In this document: one piece after another, positions 52,260 through 61,293 of the stretch
Layout: every line of letters starts with the position of its first letter
Position numbering within the stretch: the stretch's first letter is position 1
Source of the DNA: an uncultured Rhodocyclaceae bacterium
Lineage (GTDB): Bacteria > Pseudomonadota > Gammaproteobacteria > Burkholderiales > Rhodocyclaceae
DNA length: 64,000 nt
Assembly: GCA_964499485.1 (NCBI GenBank)
Contig: CAZCLF010000005.1
Location: 27,335 to 91,334, forward strand
Direction of reading: 5' to 3'
Notes under the pieces: generated by a model
The model's database searches: none
Seen by the model: only the letters and a program-made list of their open reading frames with translations
Told to the model about the DNA's origin: nothing
Position numbers and translations under genes: made by a program

Positions 52260-52703
52260 ATGACTCTCAAGCTCCGCATCAATGACGACATGAAGGCCGC
52301 TATGCGCGCTGGCGATAGCGTACGCCGCGATGCACTGCGTCTGCTACTGGCCGCCGTAAAGCAGAAGGAAGTCGATGAGCGCATCGAGCTTGATGATGCC
52401 GCCGTACTGGCGGTTATCGAGAAGGCGCTGAAGCAGCGCAAGGACTCGATCGCCCAGTATCAATCTGCAAACCGTCAAGATCTGATCGCGGTCGAAGAAG
52501 CTGAAGTTGCGGTGTTTTCAACCTACATGCCGCAAGCCCTCTCGGCCGAGGAAATTCAAGCCATCATCACTGCTGCCATCAGCGAAAGTGGCGCCCAAGG
52601 CGCTGCTGCCATGGGCAAGGTGGTCGGTCTGGTCAAGCCGCAGGTTGCTGGCCGTGCCGACATGGCCGAGGTCTCGCGCCTCATCAAAGCCGCGCTTGCC
52701 TAA
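52260..52703 (+). CDS. yqeY: GatB/YqeY domain protein
   Basis: The YqeY pattern is present: L..RI..DMK.AMRAGD..R...LR.LL.A.KQ.E.D. Confidence 0.85.
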   Translation: MTLKLRINDDMKAAMRAGDSVRRDALRLLLAAVKQKEVDERIELDDAAVLAVIEKALKQRKDSIAQYQSANRQDLIAVEEAEVAVFSTYMPQALSAEEIQAIITAAISESGAQGAAAMGKVVGLVKPQVAGRADMAEVSRLIKAALA

Positions 52704-52723
52704 ACCCGCCACGGGACTCGCCA

Positions 52724-54484
52724 ATGATTCCCGACAGCTTCATCCAGGAACTGCTTGATCGCGTCGATATAGTCGACGTCATTCAGCGTTATGTTCCCTT
52801 GAAAAAAGCAGGTGCTAATTACAGCGCCTGCTGTCCTTTCCATTCGGAAAAGTCTCCCTCTTTTACGGTCAGCCCAACGAAGCAGTTTTATCACTGCTTC
52901 GGCTGCGGTGCGCACGGCAGCGCCATTAGCTTCATCATGGCGCACCAAGGACTCGGGTTCATTGACGCAGTCGAGGAACTGGCCGGCAATCTTGGCCTGA
53001 CCGTCCCCAACGAAGGCCGCCAGCAAAATCCCCAATACGCGGAGAAAAAAGCCTCCCTCACCGAGCTGATGGCGAGGGCTGCTCGCTATTACAAGGATCA
53101 GCTCAAGGCATCGCCACGGGCAATTGATTATCTGAAAGGGCGCGGGCTGACAGGCGAAATTGCCGCGCGCTTCGGCCTCGGCTACGCACCGGATGCGTGG
53201 CAAGGACTGGAAAGCATATTCACCGACTACAAAGCGCCAGAGCTCGCCACCGTCGGCTTAGTCATCGACAACGAACAAGGTCGTCGCTATGACCGCTTCC
53301 GCGACCGCATCATGTTCCCGATTCTGGATGTGCGGAGTAATGTGATTGGCTTCGGCGGACGCATCATCAACCCCGAAGATACGCCCAAGTACATGAACTC
53401 GCCGGAGACACCGCTGTTTGACAAGGGCCGCGAGCTCTACGGGCTGACACAAGCCCGGCAGGCAATCCGCGACACGGACACCGTGATCGTGGTTGAAGGC
53501 TATATGGACGTAGTTGCGCTCGCCCAGCATGGTGTTGGCAATGCAGTTGCCACGCTTGGCACCGCAACCACTGGCGACCATATCCACAAACTGATGCGCC
53601 AGGCCGAGAAAATTGTCTTTTGCTTCGATGGCGACAAGGCGGGACGCAAAGCTGCCTGGCGCGCACTCGAAAACAGCCTGCCGCATCTTGCCGACGACCA
53701 CAGCATCGGTTTTCTGTTTTTGCCGCCAGAACACGATCCTGACAGTTATGTACGTGAGCATGGTGCCGCCGGTTTTCAAAAGTTGGCCGCACATCCGACG
53801 TCCCTGCCTGAGTTTTTACTGCGTGAGCTGGCAAACCCCGTAGATACGAATACCGTTGAAGGGCGCGCGCGACTGGTGCATGAGGCCAAGCCGCTAATCA
53901 CCCAGATTGCTGCCCCCTTGTTGCGCCTGCAAATCCTGAAAGAGCTGGCCTCGATGAGTGGGCTGACGCAGGCAGAAATTGAAAACCAATACGGCCTCAA
54001 GCCTGCCGCTGCACCAAATCGTCGCGCCCCACCTGCGCCACGCAGCCGCCCCAGTGCCCGCCCGCTTGAACACACGCTACTAGAAATTGTCTTGCAACAG
54101 CCCGCTTGGGCGAGTCGTCTACCGCTGGAATTGATCCCAGACACCAGCCCTGAGGCCGCGACACTACATGCGCTGGCCAACAGCTTAGAGCATGGTGAGT
54201 TACCCATGGGGGGGATTGGCCTGTTGCTGGAGCACTTCCGCAACACTCCGCATGAAACCGTCATCTCACGTTTTGCCGGTCAGTTGGCGGAAGATATTGA
54301 TCCTAGCGAGCAGGAAACCGTGCTTAACGATGCCATTGAACGCATCCGCAATGCTGGGATAGGCCAGGAAATCGCTGCCCTGACCGCCCGTGCGCGCAGT
54401 GGCACGCTGGATGCCGATGAACAACAACGCCTGATGGACCTGCTGCGCCGCAAAAACAGCTATAAGCCGATGGCAAGCTCTTGA
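52724..54484 (+). CDS. dnaG: DNA primase
   Basis: The zinc ribbon is CCPFH.EKSPSF.V.....FYHCFGCGAHG. The TOPRIM region is VVEGYMDVVAL...FDGD.AG. Confidence 0.95.
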   Translation: MIPDSFIQELLDRVDIVDVIQRYVPLKKAGANYSACCPFHSEKSPSFTVSPTKQFYHCFGCGAHGSAISFIMAHQGLGFIDAVEELAGNLGLTVPNEGRQQNPQYAEKKASLTELMARAARYYKDQLKASPRAIDYLKGRGLTGEIAARFGLGYAPDAWQGLESIFTDYKAPELATVGLVIDNEQGRRYDRFRDRIMFPILDVRSNVIGFGGRIINPEDTPKYMNSPETPLFDKGRELYGLTQARQAIRDTDTVIVVEGYMDVVALAQHGVGNAVATLGTATTGDHIHKLMRQAEKIVFCFDGDKAGRKAAWRALENSLPHLADDHSIGFLFLPPEHDPDSYVREHGAAGFQKLAAHPTSLPEFLLRELANPVDTNTVEGRARLVHEAKPLITQIAAPLLRLQILKELASMSGLTQAEIENQYGLKPAAAPNRRAPPAPRSRPSARPLEHTLLEIVLQQPAWASRLPLELIPDTSPEAATLHALANSLEHGELPMGGIGLLLEHFRNTPHETVISRFAGQLAEDIDPSEQETVLNDAIERIRNAGIGQEIAALTARARSGTLDADEQQRLMDLLRRKNSYKPMASS

Positions 54485-54560
54485 TGTATAATGATCAGTT
54501 CCCCAATTTTATTGTGCCGCGGCAGTTGCGTGGCACCATCCGGACCCGCTGAGGAAAGTC

Positions 54561-56816
<2,256 letters not shown>

Positions 56817-56866
56817 TCCTCGTACCGCTTTAACCCGGAGCGCCTGGGTCACCAAGTGCACCGGAT

Positions 56867-56943
56867 GGGCCTATAGCTCAGTTGGTTAGAGCAGAGGACT
56901 CATAATCCTTTGGTCCCTGGTTCAAGTCCAGGTGGGCCCACCA
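56867..56943 (+). tRNA. ileX: tRNA with anticodon CAU, most likely tRNA-Ile2 (lysidine type, ileX-like) rather than elongator Met
   Basis: The 77-nt cloverleaf folds by hand: acceptor GGGCCTA/TGGGCCC, D stem GCTC/GAGC, anticodon stem GAGGA/TCCTT with loop CTCATAA, T arm CCTGG-TTCAAGT-CCAGG, and an encoded CCA. A G1-C72 pair excludes an initiator. The C4-G69 and C5-G68 pairs and the TTGGTC.CTGGTTCAAGTCCAG segment resemble E. coli ileX. Confidence 0.9.
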
Positions 56944-56944
56944 A
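56897..56944 (+). repeat. attL: 48-bp direct repeat covering the 3' part of the tRNA from the anticodon stem through CCA+1
   Basis: Identical over 48/48 nt to 61121-61168 (gactcataatcctttggtccctggttcaagtccaggtgggcccaccaa). Confidence 0.9.
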
Positions 56945-56950
56945 CTAACC

Positions 56951-56985
56951 ACGCGGCTTTCGGAGACGGAAGCCGCGTTTTTATT
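56951..56985 (+). terminator. Rho-independent terminator supplied by the element for the reconstituted tRNA
   Basis: ACGCGGCTT-tcggagacgg-AAGCCGCGT followed by TTTTTATTT. Confidence 0.55.
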
Positions 56986-57004
56986 TGACCAAAGACCTAT
57001 CCCA

Positions 57005-57023
57005 TGTGCAAAATATTTGCACA
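57005..57023. promoter_or_regulatory. 19-bp perfect palindrome upstream of int; candidate integrase/regulator binding site
   Basis: TGTGCAAAATATTTGCACA lies 24 nt upstream of the int GTG. The TGTGCA half-site recurs near attR. Confidence 0.4.
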
Positions 57024-57046
57024 ATCATCCTTTGTAGGGGGCAGGT

Positions 57047-58279
57047 GTGTCGGTCTTTCAGCTCGACAATGGCCGCTGGCGGGTACAAATCAGACGTCGC
57101 GGCTTTCCCTCATTCGACAAAGTCTTCCCCACCAAGAAAGCCGCCCATGCGGCAGAAGCTGAAGTTTTGGCACAGCAATACGCCCGACCACAAGCCGATG
57201 GGATGACAGTCGCCGAAGCGTGGGTAAAGTATGAGGCGTCGTACGAGTTTTCTGCAAAGGCAACAAATACACAACGAACTGAACGTGGCCGAATCAAGCC
57301 CGTTCTTGAGGCGCTAGGGGATTACTCCCTCGCCCACCTAGAAGCATCACCATCCAGAATCTACGACTACATAGACGCACGCAGTCGGGTTATATCGACC
57401 AGAACCAAACGTCGCCTGTCAGGGACGAATATTCGCTTAGAGGTGGCCGCTCTATCGGCTGTTGTCGCATGGGCAAAACAGCGCCGCATCGTGTCTGGCA
57501 ACTTCGTCAGGCACATTGACCGCCCTAAAACGGTCAAGCGCAAGCGCAGGGTTCCCGCTGTCGAACAGGCCAAGCTTGAATCTACGTCACTCGCATTTGA
57601 CCAGCCACTGCTAGCCGAGTCCTCGCGATTCTTTCTGCTGTTGCGACTTCTTGGGGCTCGCCCAGGCGAACTGGCTGGGTTACTTCGCACCGATGCATAC
57701 CTAGAATCGAGCGAGGTCATTTTCCGTAGCACCAAGACAAAGAAAGAGGACCGTAAGGTTCACACAACGCCAAAAGCCCGGAGTTTGCTAGATACTCAGC
57801 TCCGTTATGCACATGAGAACGCTGCAGGGTCACCTTTCCTGTTTTCGACGCTTGGCTTCAGTCCTGACCGTAGCCGGCGGGAATGGAAGCGATACGACTT
57901 CAGCTATGCCGCTAAACGCTTGCGGCAGCATGGCGTATTGCCTGAAGATTTTCATCCACATGCCATGCGGCGCGAGTTCATCTCAAGGGCGATTGAGTCT
58001 GGGATGCCTTACGCAACCATACGCAAGCAAACCGGACACCACTCAACGCAAGCGATTGAAATCTACGATGAAGGACTTTCAACAGCACCGGAGATTCGTG
58101 CCGCCCTGGACAAGCATGAGCAAACAATAAATTACGAGCAATTGCTGGCCATGATGCAAAACCTTGGCCTGCCTGAGGGAGCCATCGAAAAGTTCAAGGC
58201 TGAACTCTCCGGAGAGACGCTCAAACCCGCTGGACGCATTTGGGCAACCCAGTCAATGAAGAAACACCTGCCCAAGTAG
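57047..58279 (+). CDS. int: Tyrosine-type site-specific integrase
   Basis: The N-terminal AP2-like arm-binding pattern is DNGRWRVQIRRRGFPSFDKVFPTKKAAHAAEAEV. The catalytic residues are GARPGEL (Arg), HAMRREF (H-x-x-R) and HHSTQAIEIY (His...Tyr). It has a GTG start with a GGGGG SD and sits adjacent to the tRNA. Confidence 0.9.
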   Translation: MSVFQLDNGRWRVQIRRRGFPSFDKVFPTKKAAHAAEAEVLAQQYARPQADGMTVAEAWVKYEASYEFSAKATNTQRTERGRIKPVLEALGDYSLAHLEASPSRIYDYIDARSRVISTRTKRRLSGTNIRLEVAALSAVVAWAKQRRIVSGNFVRHIDRPKTVKRKRRVPAVEQAKLESTSLAFDQPLLAESSRFFLLLRLLGARPGELAGLLRTDAYLESSEVIFRSTKTKKEDRKVHTTPKARSLLDTQLRYAHENAAGSPFLFSTLGFSPDRSRREWKRYDFSYAAKRLRQHGVLPEDFHPHAMRREFISRAIESGMPYATIRKQTGHHSTQAIEIYDEGLSTAPEIRAALDKHEQTINYEQLLAMMQNLGLPEGAIEKFKAELSGETLKPAGRIWATQSMKKHLPK

Positions 58280-58314
58280 TGATCTTCTTTCTGGGTTGCC
58301 CAAATGCGTCCAGC
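58229..58314. repeat. Perfect 24-bp inverted repeat with a 38-nt spacer, spanning the int stop codon
   Basis: GCTGGACGCATTTGGGCAACCCAG (58229-58252) is the exact reverse complement of CTGGGTTGCCCAAATGCGTCCAGC (58291-58314). Confidence 0.9.
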
Positions 58315-58323
58315 CAAATCGGT

Positions 58324-59253
58324 TTAGCAGCTTGGTGATGGATATTCCCACTGATTGTTGAATGGGTTGTGTTTTGGTCTGACTTGTACTTGCATCTTGC
58401 AGCCATTCTCGTAAGTCACAATACAGTTGCCGTTTGTACATTGTGAAGTACAGCGCAAATAGTCAGATTTTGGTCTGCAATCGTTCGACACGCTTGGCGA
58501 TGAAGGTTTGCTTACCGCTTGCGTTGCGGCCGCGATTCGAGCTTCGAGTCTTTTAAAGCTTGCGGGCGCATCCGTCGATGGTGGGTTGTGAAACTCGTCC
58601 TGGACCTTACATTTGTTACCTTGTCCGACTTTCTTTCTGCACCCACTCATTGCAGCCTCAACCGCATCAACTTTTGTTCTATTCAAACCAATCCACCCAT
58701 CGTCACCACTAAAAGCGCTAACGAACCAAGTTGGACCCGAACCAGAGAAGGTTTCAGCAATTTTACAGCTTCCTACAGAACTCCCACCCTTTTCACATCC
58801 GGCAATTGCACCCTGCTTCGCCTCTAGGTCGCTATCTGCTCCGTACACAAAATAATAGTACTTGTCACCCATCGCTAAAGCAAAATAATTGGCCCCCTCG
58901 TCCCACGCCGCATCAACTACTCTGCATTTACTGTATTTTTCTTTGCAATTACTAAGCGCGTTCTTTTCAGCCTCTTCTGGAGACTTCCTAAACGACATCG
59001 ACATCCCGCCAGCCCCTTTTGCAACGACTAGCGCTCCCGGCCCTACATTTGCACCTCCTACAATGACGCACTCCTTCGCTTTTTTAGAGCATCCAGCTAA
59101 GGCAGTCCTTTTTGCTTCCTCCGGGTTGGCGGCGTCATAGTTTATATGTGAGTAACCACTGTCTTTGCTGTATGCAACAGCTGTCCAAGCCAAGGCCTGT
59201 GAGCTCAAGACCGCGATAAAACAGCCCACGAAAATCCGAAAGCTCCTGCTCAT
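58324..59253 (-). CDS. Secreted protein with two tandem DUF4189-like domains and a 6-Cys C-terminal module
   Basis: The signal peptide is MSRSFRIFVGCFIAVLSSQALA|W. The motif ..EEA...AL..C......C.V occurs four times (NPEEAKRTALAGCSKKAKECVIV, SPEEAEKNALSNCKEKYSKCRVV, SDLEAKQGAIAGCEKGGSSVGSCKIA, TKVDAVEAAMSGCRKKVGQGNKCKVQ), as in DUF4189. The C-terminal ~55 aa contain 6 Cys. The ATG at 59253 is preferred over the GTG at 59295. Confidence 0.6.
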   Translation of the reverse strand: MSRSFRIFVGCFIAVLSSQALAWTAVAYSKDSGYSHINYDAANPEEAKRTALAGCSKKAKECVIVGGANVGPGALVVAKGAGGMSMSFRKSPEEAEKNALSNCKEKYSKCRVVDAAWDEGANYFALAMGDKYYYFVYGADSDLEAKQGAIAGCEKGGSSVGSCKIAETFSGSGPTWFVSAFSGDDGWIGLNRTKVDAVEAAMSGCRKKVGQGNKCKVQDEFHNPPSTDAPASFKRLEARIAAATQAVSKPSSPSVSNDCRPKSDYLRCTSQCTNGNCIVTYENGCKMQVQVRPKHNPFNNQWEYPSPSC

Positions 59254-59671
59254 ATACCCCCCGTCTTTGTTTTTGGTCGAAACGCTATTTGGCACTGACA
59301 GCTTGCTGCAACTGTAATAACTGCAAACATATTATGCCCATATCATTTTCTCGCACAAGCCCCATACCGCGCCGGAAATATAAAAAGGGTGGCTATACGA
59401 GTAGTGAGAGGAGGGGGCTCAATACCTCGCGCCTCACAATTTCCGTCAAGCGAGTGCCAAGGACGGACGCTGGGTGTTGCAACTAGAGGCGGGGCGGGGA
59501 CATGCTTTCTATGTCCAAAGTCTGGTTGTGTTGAAGGGGAGCAGCCCCACTTCAATGCCAAGATGACGGGCCTGGCTCCGCGTTCCAAAATCAAGGCAAA
59601 ACACGTTTCCTCACACTCTGTGGGTTTGGGGGGTGTTTTGCCTCGAATCAGGAACCTTCACCACATTCCAA

Positions 59672-59716
59672 AAATAAAAGCTCTTACCTTATTGAAAGAG
59701 CTCTTACGCCCTTTGG
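59672..59716 (-). terminator. Tandem hairpins plus T-run downstream of the 270-aa gene
   Basis: On the minus strand: ACGCCC-aaa-GGGCGT, then GCTCTT-tcaataaggt-AAGAGC followed by TTTTATTTTT. Confidence 0.4.
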
Positions 59717-59728
59717 GCGTATAAAACG

Positions 59729-60541
59729 CTAACCTTCGTGGACAACCTCCGGGGTGGGGTCTGGTGAAGGGAGGTCTGCGTTTAAAACGTCATACAAAAG
59801 CGACCACTCCGATAGCTCGCCCGCCACTAGGCTTCTGTTAATCGGCAAGTGACCTAGCCATACGTCTGATGACTGCGATTCAGACAAATAGCCAAGCTGC
59901 CACGACTCACGAAATGAGCTGACCATATATCGGAGGGCATCCTCGTTGGTCGAGACTACTAGTAGGCGAAACAGAAAGGCCCCAGATGCTAGCCGAGTCT
60001 GGGTTGCACCGCCTAGGTAGCGCTCCGCCAGCGTAACGATTTTCTGGCGCTCCTTCCTGTTCTTCCAGGCGTTCTCAATTTCTAACCAGACGAGCCCCTC
60101 CTCTGTCTCAATCAAGCCATCTGGCGTTTTCCCATCGAACGAGCTGAAGGGAGCTCGCCCTGTTTGGATTTCGTGCTCTGTCCAGACCGAGAAGCCCTCC
60201 TGCAGCTTTTTGATGAGGCACCAGTTCGCACAGGCCCGATGCAAGGCATTGCCTAGCGGCAGGTTCTGCCCGCTTACAGCGCTGACTCCTTCAGCGTCTT
60301 GGAGAAGCCGAGCCCCTTTTACCCCCAGCAAGTAGCACTCTCCGCCATCAGGAAGGGTGCGACAGATAATGAGCTTTTCGTCTAAAAGCTTACGGAGGTT
60401 GCGCCTGGCCAGCGGGAGTGCTTGACTCGCGTCCGGCCACACCAGCGCTGCAATCATGCGTGAAGTCAGCCATCCAAAACGGTGGAGGTACATCAATAGG
60501 GTATTGGCGGCGCTTTCCGCCCGGGTTCGTTTGTCAGTCAT
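59729..60541 (-). CDS. Winged-helix + PD-(D/E)xK-like protein (replication-relaxation family-like)
   Basis: The N-terminus LLMYLHRFGWLTSRMIAALVWPD...ARRNLRKLLDEKLI resembles the wHTH of Replic_Relax proteins. The centre TEHE...PDGLIE...WLEIENAWK resembles a nuclease-fold E/D...D...E.K arrangement. A GGAG SD lies 7 nt upstream. Confidence 0.45.
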   Translation of the reverse strand: MTDKRTRAESAANTLLMYLHRFGWLTSRMIAALVWPDASQALPLARRNLRKLLDEKLIICRTLPDGGECYLLGVKGARLLQDAEGVSAVSGQNLPLGNALHRACANWCLIKKLQEGFSVWTEHEIQTGRAPFSSFDGKTPDGLIETEEGLVWLEIENAWKNRKERQKIVTLAERYLGGATQTRLASGAFLFRLLVVSTNEDALRYMVSSFRESWQLGYLSESQSSDVWLGHLPINRSLVAGELSEWSLLYDVLNADLPSPDPTPEVVHEG

Positions 60542-60562
60542 TTAAGGCTCCAGTAGTGTGAG

Positions 60563-60592
60563 ATATCGAGCGCACCCATGTGCTCTCGATAT
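60563..60592. promoter_or_regulatory. Operator-like inverted repeat upstream of the 270-aa gene
   Basis: ATATCGAGCGCAC-ccat-GTGCTCTCGATAT has 13-bp arms with one mismatch, 22-51 nt upstream of the start at 60541. Confidence 0.4.
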
Positions 60593-60604
60593 GTGTAGGT
60601 ACTG

Positions 60605-60641
60605 GTGTCTTGCCGGTCTGCATCGCAGATCGGCAAGACAC
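60605..60641. other. 37-nt near-perfect palindrome/hairpin (17-bp stem, 3-nt loop) in the element's non-coding arm
   Basis: GTGTCTTGCCGGTCTGC-atc-GCAGATCGGCAAGACAC contains a single G-T position. No flanking U-tract is present on either strand. Confidence 0.5.
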
Positions 60642-61120
60642 ATGCCTAACGCCTCTTTTCCCCGCCTGGACGGCCGGCCAGAGGCTGCACACTAGGGTGC
60701 GCCACGGCAAAACTACAGCGCCTCCCCTGTGCCGCTTCGCGCCGGGGCAACCGCCTCCAGCACCTGCGCAAATGTCACGACTTGCGTCGTCACATATTCT
60801 GCTCCGGGCAGCCTATCGCTGGTCGATGACCTGGACGCAGTTGCCCCGGCGCTTACGCTTGGGGAGGCGGGGGCTACGCCCCCCACCCCTGACCGAGCCG
60901 TGGGCGGCCGCTATTTTTGGTGGGCCAAAAATTCAGGGGCGGCTCCCCCATGCAGTCGTACACCACTACATTTGTGCGATGAGTCCTCCCCAAGCCGCGT
61001 AAAAATCCACAGTGCACGCAACCTGCACATCTATCCATTTTGTGCATCTCGTGTGCAACAATTAATACACCTATCTAATTGTTTAGTAATTAAAAATACA
61101 TCTGAAAAGCAATTATTTAT

Positions 61121-61168
61121 GACTCATAATCCTTTGGTCCCTGGTTCAAGTCCAGGTGGGCCCACCAA
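61121..61168 (+). repeat. attR: the second copy of the 48-bp repeat, a non-functional tRNA 3' fragment
   Basis: Identical to 56897-56944. Upstream sequence diverges at 61120 and downstream sequence diverges at 61169. Confidence 0.9.
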
Positions 61169-61175
61169 TAAAGAA

Positions 61176-61205
61176 GGGTTCAGCCGCAAGGCTGAACCCT
61201 TTTTG
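61176..61205 (+). terminator. Rho-independent terminator, presumably the original tRNA terminator displaced by the insertion
   Basis: GGGTTCAGCC-gcaa-GGCTGAACCC followed by TTTTT, 8 nt after attR. Confidence 0.6.
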
Positions 61206-61293
61206 CTTGCCTGGTTGCCGTCTATACGCGTTGCCAGGCAGCGCTAACCACCGCACAATGACGACATTTGCTGAATCACTTTCGACCTGACTC

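Larger units (their letters stand above)
56897..61168. mobile_element. Small (~4.2 kb) tRNA-inserted integrative element
   Basis: A perfect 48-bp direct repeat flanks it, a tyrosine integrase gene lies immediately inside attL, GC looks lower than the flanks, and the cargo is unrelated to the flanking core genes. Confidence 0.8.

Noticed and set aside
56867-56943. Calling the CAU tRNA elongator tRNA-Met or initiator tRNA-fMet
   Set aside because: An initiator is excluded by the G1-C72 pair and by the absence of the three consecutive G-C pairs in the anticodon stem. The elongator Met call is less likely, because the acceptor-stem C4-G69/C5-G68 pairs and the variable/T-arm sequence resemble E. 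coli ileX rather than metT. The identity remains an inference, since automated tools often report Met.
59343-59724. ORFs of 111 aa (+) and 83 aa (-) between the DUF4189 gene and the wHTH gene
   Set aside because: They overlap each other on opposite strands and have odd composition (R/G/P-rich), no family resemblance and weak or no SD. More likely this is the promoter/5'-UTR of the DUF4189 gene plus the terminators of the wHTH gene.
61121-61167. A possible second tRNA gene
   Set aside because: Only the 3' 47 nt (anticodon stem onward) are present. The acceptor 5' strand and the D arm are missing. It is the attR copy of the integration target, not a gene.
60580-61247. Plus-strand ORFs of 140 aa and 172 aa in the element's right arm
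   Set aside because: They are Pro/Arg/Ala/Gly-rich with many rare AGG/CGG/GGG/CTA codons. The 172-aa ORF reads straight through the attR tRNA fragment and the terminator hairpin (peptide MTHNPLVPGSSPGGPT is just translated tRNA). No SD is present. I treat the region as non-coding and flag it as structured DNA/RNA instead.
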